From Trichoplax adhaerens (taxonomy: Eukaryota; Animalia; Placozoa), in assembly GCF_000150275.1 (NCBI RefSeq), contig NW_002060959.1, positions 308,371 to 372,370 on the forward strand: 64,000 nucleotides of DNA, written 5' to 3'. A model generated the notes under the pieces. That model was not told where the DNA came from. It saw nothing but the letters and a program-made list of their open reading frames with translations, and ran no database searches. Position numbers and translations under genes: made by a program. Shown here in pieces: positions 1-10,945 of this stretch (its first letter is position 1; the number at the start of each line of letters is the position of its first letter).

Positions 1-654
1 ATCGGAGATTGTATTGGTTTGAATTGGTTGAGCAAGCGGTTCCGATTTTTGTTTCCCTCCTTGCGTCTAGTAGAGATTGGAGAATAGAGCCTTGATCTTG
101 TCCAATGGGAAAATGTGGTTATGCCCATCAAGCTGACAACAGGTTTGTGTGTCCATGATGATCAACTATCGTTGTCTATCCTTACTTGATTAGGCTACAC
201 AGTTAAAGAGTCTATCTTGAGCTCCATAGAGCATGGGTAAAATGGTGGAAGGGATTTTGAACGGGCTTGCAAGGTTTCATTGAGCGCTTTGAAGGGTTGG
301 CTATCCTCGATAGCGCTACGCTCCCTATCTACAGTAGACGCATTGAGTATATTAGCAAGACGAGACGTGACTAATCTGCCATTAGTACAGTTTACTCGTC
401 CATGGACAAGAAAGAGATTGCATTTCTTGTACTCTATGTACGCCTATATCCTTGGCACAACGTGAGCGATCATCGAGTTGATTCCATCACCCGAATATCG
501 GCGATAGCGCTGCCATTTTGATTGGCATTGGTTCGCAGTAATATTGGAGTATGATTTGCTCATTTGTACAACCTTCTAGTTGCAATCACAGAAAATAGTA
601 GAAGCAATTGTTGGACTAATAACGTGCCTATAGAATATACACTACGACAAAGAT

Positions 655-1435
655 GGACTTTTTTTCCATACCAAAGTCTTTGGTAGAAGGGATAAAGATA
701 CGCTCTCTCTTCAGCGCAAAAATAACCTCCATCTATTTTATATCATTATGTACAGTGCACCATTAGTCTTTTCCATACCTAGAATCGATGGTAGAAGGGA
801 TAAAGACACGCTCTCTCTTTAGCGTAAAAATAACCTCCATCTATTTTATATCATTATATACAGTGCACCATTAGTCTTTTCCATACCTAGAGTCGATGGT
901 AGAAGGGATAAAGACACGCTCTCTCTTTAGCGTAAAAATAACCTCCATCTATTTTATATCATTATATACAGTGCACCATTAGTCTTTTCCATACCTAGAG
1001 TCGATGGTAGAAGGGATAAAGATACGCTCTCTCTTCAGCGCAAAATGTTGATAGTCGTCAATTAGCTAGAATTCCTACAGTATCCCATTCTCGTCCATGT
1101 GCCATGTCGAGATGGTTGCAATTCGGATAGTCTTGGCCTCTATTCCATGTACAGAAAATAGCATAAGCGATCGTTGGGCTAATAACCTGCATCGATCATG
1201 GACACTACGACAAGCATGGACTTTTCCATACCTAGAGTCCATGCTAGAAGGGATAAAGACACACTGTCTCTTCAGCGCAAAAATAACCTGCATCGTTCAT
1301 CTACTGTACAGCACACTAATCCAAGCATGGACTTTTGCATACCCAGAGTCTACGGTAGAAGGGATAAAGATACGTTCTCTCTTCAGCGTAAAATGATGAT
1401 CATCGTCAATTAGCTAGAATCCCACAGTATCCCAT
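655..1435. repeat. Tandem repeat, ~109-bp unit, ~6 copies in two blocks
   Basis: CATACCTAGAGTCGATGGTAGAAGGGATAAAGACACGCTCTCTCTT(C/T)AGCG(C/T)AAAA recurs near 666, 773, 881, 990, 1226 and 1337. Confidence 0.9.
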
Positions 1436-2349
1436 CGACGGATTGATTGACGAGAACAGTACTATCCCTCTAGGCCCCAGAATGGAGATGGTCTACAATC
1501 ATTTGACAATTGTTAGCAGAGTCAATATGTTGCTCTTTTCTTTCTCCATTTCGTGGAGGGCTTACGCTGCGCCACCGTCTAGGATGGTATACCATCCTAG
1601 ACGGTGAAATCAATCTGATCGAGTTGTACTTGTTGAACAAGCACAACGACTCCAACTCCTGTTGTACAGTAGAGTCTATCGAAGACATTATGGCACAACG
1701 TGGAATCCACTGGAGAAAAAACCTTGCTGGCTCCACTCGACAGGCAATATAGCAAGAAGAGGAGCCTGGAGACGAAAGCGCTCTCGAGCGCATTGATGAC
1801 TCTCCATTGGTTAGGATAACGATTAATTAAGGTGATTGAAATGAGAAAATGGCAATCCTATTGACCATTTTATATAGTACTACACTAATGCAAACTGCTA
1901 GAGATTACTCTACTGGGAAATGAAAACGGTAGGACTACTGTACATTATGATATCGTCGACGACGACGACCTGGGCAATAAATGTACAAAGTGGTGGCGGC
2001 GGCGGCATGTATTTGATGCCGATGAAAAGAAATGATGCCAAAATGGTTGGATAAAAATGCACATCAACATGGATTTTAGGCCACTATAATTGAGGAATAA
2101 TGACAGTATTGCGCAAAGGGTAGAGAGGAGGCTGTTGATGGATAGGATATTCTTCTCCTTTTGCTATTGCATAACGACCATTTGGTTGGTTTAATTAGCA
2201 ACAGCAGTCCAGATGGATTGCAACCGCAGACTCCCTACTGCGTTGATGGTGATCAGCGACCAATAAAGCAAGCCAGATGGAAGGGCGGCATCAACTATTT
2301 ACAACCGCTCCACCCAAATCAATTTGTTGCTTACCCAATCATTCAAGGA

Positions 2350-2840
2350 CTACTGGCCTCCATGGATGGCATGCAGTTTCCTACAAGTATACCGTATGCC
2401 AAATACTGTTTTAAAGTGATGTACATTATGGTTGAATAACTTGAATAAGGGGAAACTTGCAAGGGCATGCTTTACAATCATCCGATAGTAGCACCAACGC
2501 AAAAGGTGAGGAAATGCAGTAGTTCCCCCAGGCTCAATCGTTCAATGACTACTGGCCTCCCATGGATGGCATGCAACTTCCTAAAAGTACCGTATATTCA
2601 ATTCTGTTTGAATTGTAGTGAACTATATTATGGTTGAATGACTTGAGTAAGGGGAAACATGGAAGGGCATGCTTTACAATCATTCGATAGATAGTAACAC
2701 CAAGGCAAAAGGTGAGGAAATGCAGTTGCTACTCAAGGCTCAATCATTTCAATGACTTGAGGAAGGGGAAAGAAACATGAAAGGGCATGCTTAAAATCAT
2801 TCGATTAGTAACACCAACGCAAAAGGTGAGGAAATGCCGT
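2350..2840. repeat. Diverged tandem repeat, ~200-bp unit, 2 copies plus a partial third
   Basis: ACTACTGGCCTCCATGGATGGCATGCA occurs twice; AAGGGCATGCTT...CAAAAGGTGAGGAAATGC occurs three times. Confidence 0.85.
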
Positions 2841-2954
2841 TGTACGACAGTCTGTTGCCGTAGGGTGTGCAAATTATTTCAGGAATTTCTCGATTGGCTA
2901 CCTCGGTTTCCTTTGGGTGCGTTAGCTAAGGCTTGCCAATGATACAGTCTGTCC

Positions 2955-5105
2955 TACAATATCGACGCCATCACTCTTGTCCAAAGTAGAAAGGCCATCC
3001 ATCATTCGACTCGTTCGACTAGCCTATGCAGGTATCGTAGTTTTCATTTCCTGGATTGTTGTTATGCAAGTCTTGATTGCAAAATCATGTCGACCAATGC
3101 AATGCAACGTGTATTTTATCCACTTGAATCACAACAGCCAATGCCAAGTAGAAAGAGTGAAAGACTATCTTTCCACTAGCCTATGCAGGTATCGTAGTTT
3201 TCATTTCCTGGATTGTTGTTATGCAAGTCTTGACGGCAAAATCATGTCGACCAATGCAATGCAACGTGTATTTTATCCACATGAATAACAACAGCCAATG
3301 CCAAGTAGAATGGCCATCGTTCCACTAGCATTGGAAGATGTTGTAGTTTTCATTTCCTGGATTGTTGCTATGCAAGTCTTGACGGAAACATCATGTCGAC
3401 CAATGCAATGCAACGTGTATTTTATCCACTTGAATCACAACAGCCAATGCCAAGTAGAAAGACTATCTTTCCACTAGCCTATGCAGGTATCGTAGTTTTC
3501 ATTTCTTGGATTGCTGCTATGCTAGTCTTGATGGCAAAATCATGTCGACCAATGCAATGCAACGTGTATTTTATCCACTTGAATCACAACAGCCAATACC
3601 AAGTAGAAAGAGTGAAAGACTATCTTTCCACTAGCCTATGCAGGTATCGTAGTTTTCATTTCCTGGATTGTTGCTATGCAAGTCTTGACGGCAAAATCAT
3701 GTCGACCAATGCAATGCAACGTGTGTTTTATCCACTTGAATGACAACAGCCAATGCATTTTATTGCAAGGGAAAAGCGTTGTTATTATTATTGTCATCGT
3801 CTATTGACGCCATTAGTCTTGAGATTTTTTTTTTCCTCTCTTTTTACTGTTGTCGTATTCTCTACCAGGATAGAAGAGACTATTCTTTTTCCATTGCGGG
3901 GGTCTTTCTTTGTTCAATGGATCAATCATATTATCCAGACTAATGAGCCCCCGTAATGATGGATGTTGTGTTGGGTTTCCTATTTCCAATGGCTTTATTA
4001 GTGTTTGAATGATGAAATTGAATTGTTTTGCATGCAGGATGCAAAGAAAAGTCTGTCTCTAACTGCATTAACGAAGCTGACGACTACAGCATGACTAAAG
4101 TACCAGAGGATGATTGATTGACGAGGGATGAGGAGAATTCTATCTTGACGCCATGCTTGCCCTAATGAGTGTGGGGAGGAGGAATAGGCCATAACAAGAC
4201 AGCGGTAGTCCATCACTTTTAATCATTCTTGTCATCGCTTGCTTGAAAATTATTACGCAAGATTGGCTTGATCCTATTTTATTTGAAAAGCACCATCTTG
4301 GTCAATTGATTCTTTCAGTCTTGCTCCAGTGGAAAAGCTTGTCTTTTCCACTTGGGGGTTAGCGTTGAGTGTAGTCATCGATTGCCATGCCAAAATGGAT
4401 TATTCTACATCCAATCTATCATCCTAGTGCTAAGGTAAGATATTGAAATGGGTCAACTATCATTGATGTTTGCAGGGCGACTTTGGAAAAGCGGATGGAT
4501 GAGATATTTGAAAGAGTATTGAGTTGGATCCTTCTTCATGACAGAGGATGATTTTAGTAAAGGACTCTTTTTCAACGACGATGGCCAATGGAAAGCGTTT
4601 TCATCCATAGCCACATTCTTCTTCACGGTGAAAAATCTTCAAATCTAGATTGAACCTTGTTGAATGGATTATTTATCGGTAGTACACAGTCCAATATTCT
4701 TTCAAACCGTCAGTACAACATGGCTCTCTATTCTCTTGATGGCTGAGGAGGATTACATTTGATTTTACTGTATCGTCCAACCATGTTTGTTGAACGGATA
4801 ATAATAATTGATAGTGAGCCATGGTGGATGCTTTAGTCGATGGATGGCACAGGTTGGGTCTTTGCCAAAATGCGAGCAGTTCCATCGTGGAACGTACGCT
4901 GTTTAGAGCAGAAATCAAAGTTGGGGGTTTCGTTTTGACGACCAACAACCATCAACGCTCGTTGGATCCTCGTTCATTCCAGCATGATGATCCAATGCTA
5001 TCCTAATTTTATTTTTCTAACCCAAGACAATGTGTGTCGGCTTTTCTTCCCTCTTCTTTTTTTGACGAATGCCATCCAAACCCTTTTCCAATCATCATGG
5101 ACATG
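2955..5105 (-). pseudogene. Degenerate Polinton/Maverick (adintovirus-like) major capsid protein remnant
   Basis: Minus-strand fragments occur in the order I recall for animal Polinton MCPs: GSLSII, DGAFQI, NSLFYPGREYDNSK (3884-3843), LMASIDDDNNNNN and terminal TLDKSDGVDIV. There are many stops and frameshifts. The match is by eye, not by search. Confidence 0.45.
3015..3760. repeat. Tandem repeat, ~150-160-bp unit, ~5 copies
   Basis: CTAGCCTATGCAGGTATCGTAGTTTTCATTTCCTGGATTG...ATCATGTCGACCAATGCAATGCAACGTGTATTTTATCCAC repeats; this explains the near-identical ORFs 2977..3288 and 3393..3743. Confidence 0.92.
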
Positions 5106-5989
5106 GCAACGACTGTCCTATTGAAGTAGTGCCATTTTTATTTTTTCCACCGAGTAGAAAGTTCAACGGCACACCATTTTGCAGTCATTTTAGAGTAAAG
5201 TAGTTTTTTATTCTTCATCCATCAACTTTCACCATTTTTACCAACCATCGTGGTGATAGCAACGACTGATTGACTGTAGAGTAGTTTTTATCCTTTTGAC
5301 GGAGTAGGAAAGTTTTCACTCGATATCCAATGTCTAATGGACAATCACAGCGACTGAGTTGAAGTAGAGTAATTGAATTTTGATCCTTTGCTGTCTACTC
5401 CATTGATCAACTCCGACATAATTCAAGGGTAAAATGAGATTGGTTGCGCCAATTTAGACTATGCTAACCAAATTATCACCCATGAATGTTATTCAAGGTT
5501 AAAAATAGCCACTATAGGTTCAAATAAAGGGCGAGACTATACTTTCAATGGAGTCAAGATGTTTGCCGGTATTTTTAACATGGATTCTACCCATGGGAGA
5601 GGATGGAGTCAAGATGATTTTCCAATCTTCTCCCTATCCATTTTTCCAACAGGATAGCGATACAATGGCTTGTCGATAATTTTGGAGAGGGGATTTCATC
5701 GCTCACTTTTCTTGTAATACAATTCTTTTTGTGGTCCTTTTTTGGATATTCCAATAGATTGAATTGGTAACTTTAGATTGATTTATCGGCATCTTGCCGG
5801 TGGCTAGTCATTGTGGATTGTTCTGCAAACAGTAGTTCTGTTCTTCTTTGCTATGCAAGGGAAATCCTCCGTGTGTCGGTGCGGAAGAGAACTCCATTTC
5901 TCTTCGGATGATGAATCTTCAATCCACGCTTGCCGATGGGACGAGTGATTTTTTTTTTTTCCATGATTGGATTGAATTAGAATGGAGAT

Positions 5990-6830
5990 AATTTCTTTTC
6001 ATTATGGCTTCATGAATCAATTTGTAGTGAATGCAGTGGTTGTCCAATTTTATTCCAGTGATGAGAAAGTTCAACAGAGCAATCACGATAGGCAATTTAT
6101 CAAAGATGGGCAATACGATGGGTTGTAAGCTAACGCTAAAAAACTCCTGCTTACCAAGGTTGATCTTATTGGATTCCCATGTTGTTCAAATTGAAAACAA
6201 GTAAATGAGTTAGAGAAGGAGAATTTGTACAAGTTATTTCACATCACAGGGTTAAAATCAGACTTCTAGCTCTCAGTTGAACGTAAGTTACGATCTGTTT
6301 TTACCCTTTGCTTCCCGTTATTAACCCTCTACAACTGACTGCCGTTAGAAAAGCATTTCTACGCTTGAAATGAGTGGCGGGTTTGCCTTTCTAATCCACT
6401 CCAACAGACTTTTTTTTCCAGGCGATAGACTCGATTGAACATGGTAGAAAGGGTTGAATTGAAACCAAACCAATAGGGGATAGTTTGCTCTGGCAAAAGT
6501 ACAATCCTTATGTTACATCGACCATCTTGTTTTGTTTTCGCTTAACCGCAATAATATTGTACGGCTAACTGGATTATTGCAAACTCATTCAGAGAAGTGA
6601 TTTTAAGCTTATGGTGATGCTGTATTATTTGCATTAATGTCGGATAGTTTTTCAATCACCATGTTCCATGCTCGATGATCCTTGTATGGTAGTGTAAACT
6701 CATTTAACGTTTGAACCTTTTTTCCATTCCTTGATTATTGACTATTAGGTGAAGATTATTACAAGCAAGACTGATTTCAACAAGACACCGATGAACTTTC
6801 CTTTCCATTCCGTATTTTAAAGTTCAATAA
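5990..6830 (-). pseudogene. Possible degenerate Polinton minor capsid (penton-like) gene
   Basis: Minus-strand pieces MERK..., NEFTLP...MVIEKLSDINANNT, MFNRVYRL, NLYKFS and GIKLDNHCIHYKLI loosely follow the penton motif order and lie upstream of the MCP remnant. Similarity is weak. Confidence 0.25.
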
Positions 6831-6884
6831 GGTAAGTCATGATAAACTAAGAATGCCACCCATGAGGGTAGAAAGCAACTTGAT

Positions 6885-7770
6885 TGACGATGCCTACACA
6901 TGCTATGACAAGAGAGGATTCAACACGGATTGAGTAAAGTAGTCTTGCTATTGCTCTTCTTTAACGATATCCTACGCTTGTAGTCGATATGGATACTCTT
7001 CTTTTCATTCAATGTCTACACATGCTTGACTACGCTAGAGGAAGAGAGGATTGAATACCTTATTGATCAAGTAGAATATGGATACTCTAAAATTAATTCA
7101 ATGCCTACACATGTTGGACTACGTTATAATAATTGTTCCTGTAGTAAGGGAGGATTGGAAATGAATGGAGTGGAATAGTCTTACTGTTCCTTCTTAATAT
7201 CCTCCGCTAGTAGTCTATCTTGAAGTTGATTCAATGCCAACACATTCTCGACTACGCTAGAGTAAGAGAGGATTGAATACCATGTTGATCAAGTAGAATA
7301 TGGATACTCTAAAGTTAATTCAATGCCTACACATGTTGGACTACGTTATAATAATTGTTCCTGTAGTAAGGGAGGATTGGAAATGAATGGAGTGGAATAG
7401 TCTTACTGTTCCTTCTTAATATCCTCCGCTAGTAGTCCATCTTGAAGTTGATTCAATGCCAACACATTCTCGACTACGCTAGAGTAAGAGAGGATTGAAA
7501 ACCGATGCAGTAAAATAGTCTAACTGTTCTTCATTTCAATATCTTCCACATGCAGTCAATATAAATACTCGTTAAATTGATTCAATGCCTACACATACTT
7601 GACAATGCTAGAGCAATAGAGTATTGGAAAATTGATGGAATAGAATAGTCTTGCTGTTTTTCCTTTTCAATATCCTACGCAAAATTCATTCAGTGCCTAC
7701 ACACATGCTAGACTATGCTAAAGCAAGACAGAGTTCAACACCATGAAGATCAAGTAGAATAGTCTCTCTC
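6885..7770. repeat. Tandem repeat, ~100-125-bp monomer with a ~222-bp higher-order dimer
   Basis: TCAATGCC(T/A)ACACAT...GACTACGCTAGAGTAAGAGAGGATTG recurs about 8 times; 7042-7263 is near-identical to 7264-7485. Confidence 0.88.
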
Positions 7771-8579
7771 TCAACAAGGATACTCTTTGTCATGATAGCA
7801 AGAATAGGCAGTGCCCTTTTTCTTGCAATTTATCCTTCATTTTACACGCTTTAAAGTGTCTACTGCCTTCGGCTCCACTTTCAAAAGCCAGTAAATCTGT
7901 CTGAAAACGCCATGCGAGACATCATTAGTTACTGTCGTATTACTCGATGAAATATAGCCTGCTGGCAATATTTATGGATAGATGAACAAGAGTCTATGCA
8001 TCAAAATGACCGGACTATTCCTCTCATAAAATTGGTCTTCTTCAACATCAACTTTCAAGGTTAATCAATCATGACTCATGACAGTCTATCACCTTGAAGA
8101 TGCCCATTTTGAACAGCATTCGTTGCTGTCGCCTTAATCGATAAAATGAGCTTTCATCATGAGAATCAATTAAAATCACACCACCATTCCTATCCAAATG
8201 GAGTACGCCATCCTCAACCTATCCTATCCTCTACTAGGCAACGAAATGAGCATATGGAATGTTATTTCTGTCCATTCCATTGGATACTCTGGATTAAGTA
8301 GGGGCTTCATGGGAGAAAGAGTCTATGATGAAGACATGGACGGTCTAATGGGACTATTCTGCACCTGTAGACGATGGTTTACCATCATGTCTGACCGTTC
8401 TATGCAATCTTTGGGTATAGAGTAGCGCCTATATCTCATCGTCAATAAAATTGGCATCCAATATAGCACACCGTTCTATAACTGCATAGGTCCAGAATGA
8501 TTTCCTTCCACTCATTTGTATTTAGTGGGGCTTACACGTCAAAAGAAGCAACTGTCCAATGCCACTATCATCTAAGTAC

Positions 8580-10080
8580 AAAAGTGGTGATTAACCAACG
8601 CTGTAGCAGCAGCTCTAAGGATATTTCTGCCCTTTCAAGGGGCCAAAAATTTAGAAATTCTTAATTTAGAAGGAGAAGAGCTGGTCAAAAACAATCAACA
8701 GTCGAATAGCACTATTCTTTTCAGCATATTCATATGCACTATTGATTGCTACTTTAGTAGCAGCTCTAAAGCTATTTTTGTCAATTCAATCCGTAACAAA
8801 TGGAGAGGTGCTCGTCAAAAAAGAATCAACCGTCCAATAGCACTATTCTTTTAGCGCAATACTATTCACTAATGACCACTACTGGAGCAGCAGCTCCAAG
8901 GTTATTTCTGTCGATTCAATCGACAACAAATGGAGAGGCTCAATTTAGATGGAAGGGCTCGTAAAAAGAAACTTGGCTACAAACATGAGCAGTCGAATGC
9001 TACTATTCTCCTAGTAGAATACAGTTTGTTCGTGAATATCTCTATCACTTCAATTAACAACAAATGGAAGTCATAAGTTTCGTCAGAAGAGGCTGGTGAA
9101 ATTGGAATACCGTCCTAAATATAGACAGTCCAATATGATACTGTTCTTGAAGTAGAAATGCAAATGCTTCGTCATCGCCATTGACTAGTAGTTCTTTCTG
9201 TCAACTCAATCTGGAACCAATAGAAGTGATTCATTTACATCGAGAGAGGCTATTAAAAGGAAATACTGTCATCAACATCCAATGTAGCACTATTCTTGAG
9301 GTAGAATACTAGTCGCTATTAACCACTACACTAGCAGCAGCTCCCAGGTTATTTCTGTTAATGCAATGGAAAATCAATGGAAATGGTAAATTGAGATGGA
9401 CAGAGGCTCATAAATAGAAAAAAACAGTACAATGGCACTACTCTTCAAGTAGAATGCTAGTCGTCATCGATCACTACTGTGGCAACAGCACCACCAAGGC
9501 TATTTCTATCAATTTAATGGAGAATAAATGGAGAAGGACTGGTAAAAGGAAAAGCTGTCACAAACGTCAAACTGTCGAATGGCTCTATTCTTGCAGTAGA
9601 ATAGTAGTCGTTATTGACCACAACTGTATCTGTATCTCCAAGGTTATTTCTATCAATTCAGTCGATAATCAATGAAAATTAAAAATAGAGAAAGGCCTCG
9701 TGAAAAGAAATCACTATTGCCAACATCAACAATCGAATGACACTGTACTTCCAGTAGAATGCTAGTCGTGATTGACCATGGCTGTAGCAGCAGCTCCAAG
9801 CTTATTTCCGCCAATTTCAATGGAAATAAATGGAGGCAGACTCGTAAAAAGAAAAAAACTGTCACAAACATCCTCCACTGTCCAATGGATCTATTCTTAA
9901 AGTTAGAATACAATTTGGCAGTAATCATGACGGACCTGTCATTCTTTCCATCAACGCAACCGAAAATAAATACAGATCGTCAATTGAGATTCTTCCTATG
10001 CAATACAATTGGATATTAACCACGATTATAACAGTAGCTCCAAGGCTATTTCTATCCATTGAATGGACAACCGATTTGAG
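8580..10080. repeat. Highly diverged tandem repeat, ~150-190-bp unit
   Basis: Recurrent ACTATTCTT...AGTAGAAT(A/G)CTAGTCGT...GACCAC...AGCAGCAGCTCCAAGG(C/T)TATTTCT...AATTCAA...AAATGGA. Confidence 0.75.
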
Positions 10081-10504
10081 CTGTTATTCAGAAAAGCTCA
10101 TCTAAATGAAAAATGATCCCATCGATAGGCAGTAGAAGAGTACTAATCTTCTGCTGTATTGCCACCTCGAGAAGGGGTTGTGTTAATGAAAAGGCAGAAC
10201 AAATTGAAATTGGCAAAGAGGCTGGTAATAAAAGACTGTCATCGAGTTAAACAGTGGAATAGTGCTATTCTACTAAGATATTGGCGGGTTCAATAGGATG
10301 GGTGTAAATTACAAAACCAATTTTTATATGCAGGAGTTTATTCGTGAATAATAAATACCATAAACATGGAGTGACCAATAATAGTATTAGTCTGAGAGTA
10401 GAATAGAATTGGCGATAAACTAGCTATGACTGTCATGGCAGCTTCAAGATGATGGCTGTAAGTTACACAACAAATTTTGTCTCCGATGAGCTTATTAGAG
10501 CAAG

Positions 10505-10945
10505 CAAAATCTGCGATATACCATGGATTAATCAAGGGCACTACAGTATATTCTGAAGGTAGAATAGAATTCGCTATTAAAACAAAATCTGCCATATACC
10601 ATGGATTAATCAAGGGCACTACAGTATATTCTGAAGGTAGAATAGAATTCGCTATCAAAACAAAATTTGCCATATACCATGGATTAATCAAGGGCACTAC
10701 AGTATATTCTGAAGGTAGAATAGAATTCGCTATCACAACAAAATCTGCCATATACCATGGATTAATCAAGGGCACTACAGTATATTCTGAAGGTAGAATA
10801 GAATTCGTTATCAACTTAGTCATGGCTTATCCAAGATTGATATCTGTAAAATGATCTAATAAATCACTGCTAGAGAATTTGCCTTATACCATGGATTAAT
10901 AAATAGCACTACAGTATATTCTAAGGATAGAATAGAATTGTATCA
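10505..10945. repeat. 78-bp tandem repeat, 4 near-perfect copies plus 1 diverged
   Basis: AAAATCTGCCATATACCATGGATTAATCAAGGGCACTACAGTATATTCTGAAGGTAGAATAGAATTCGCTATC repeats with period 78, giving 26-aa repeats in ORFs on both strands. Confidence 0.95.

Noticed and set aside
2977-3743. Near-identical ORFs of 103 and 116 aa
   Set aside because: Products of the tandem repeat; frames shift between units and no domain is recognisable.
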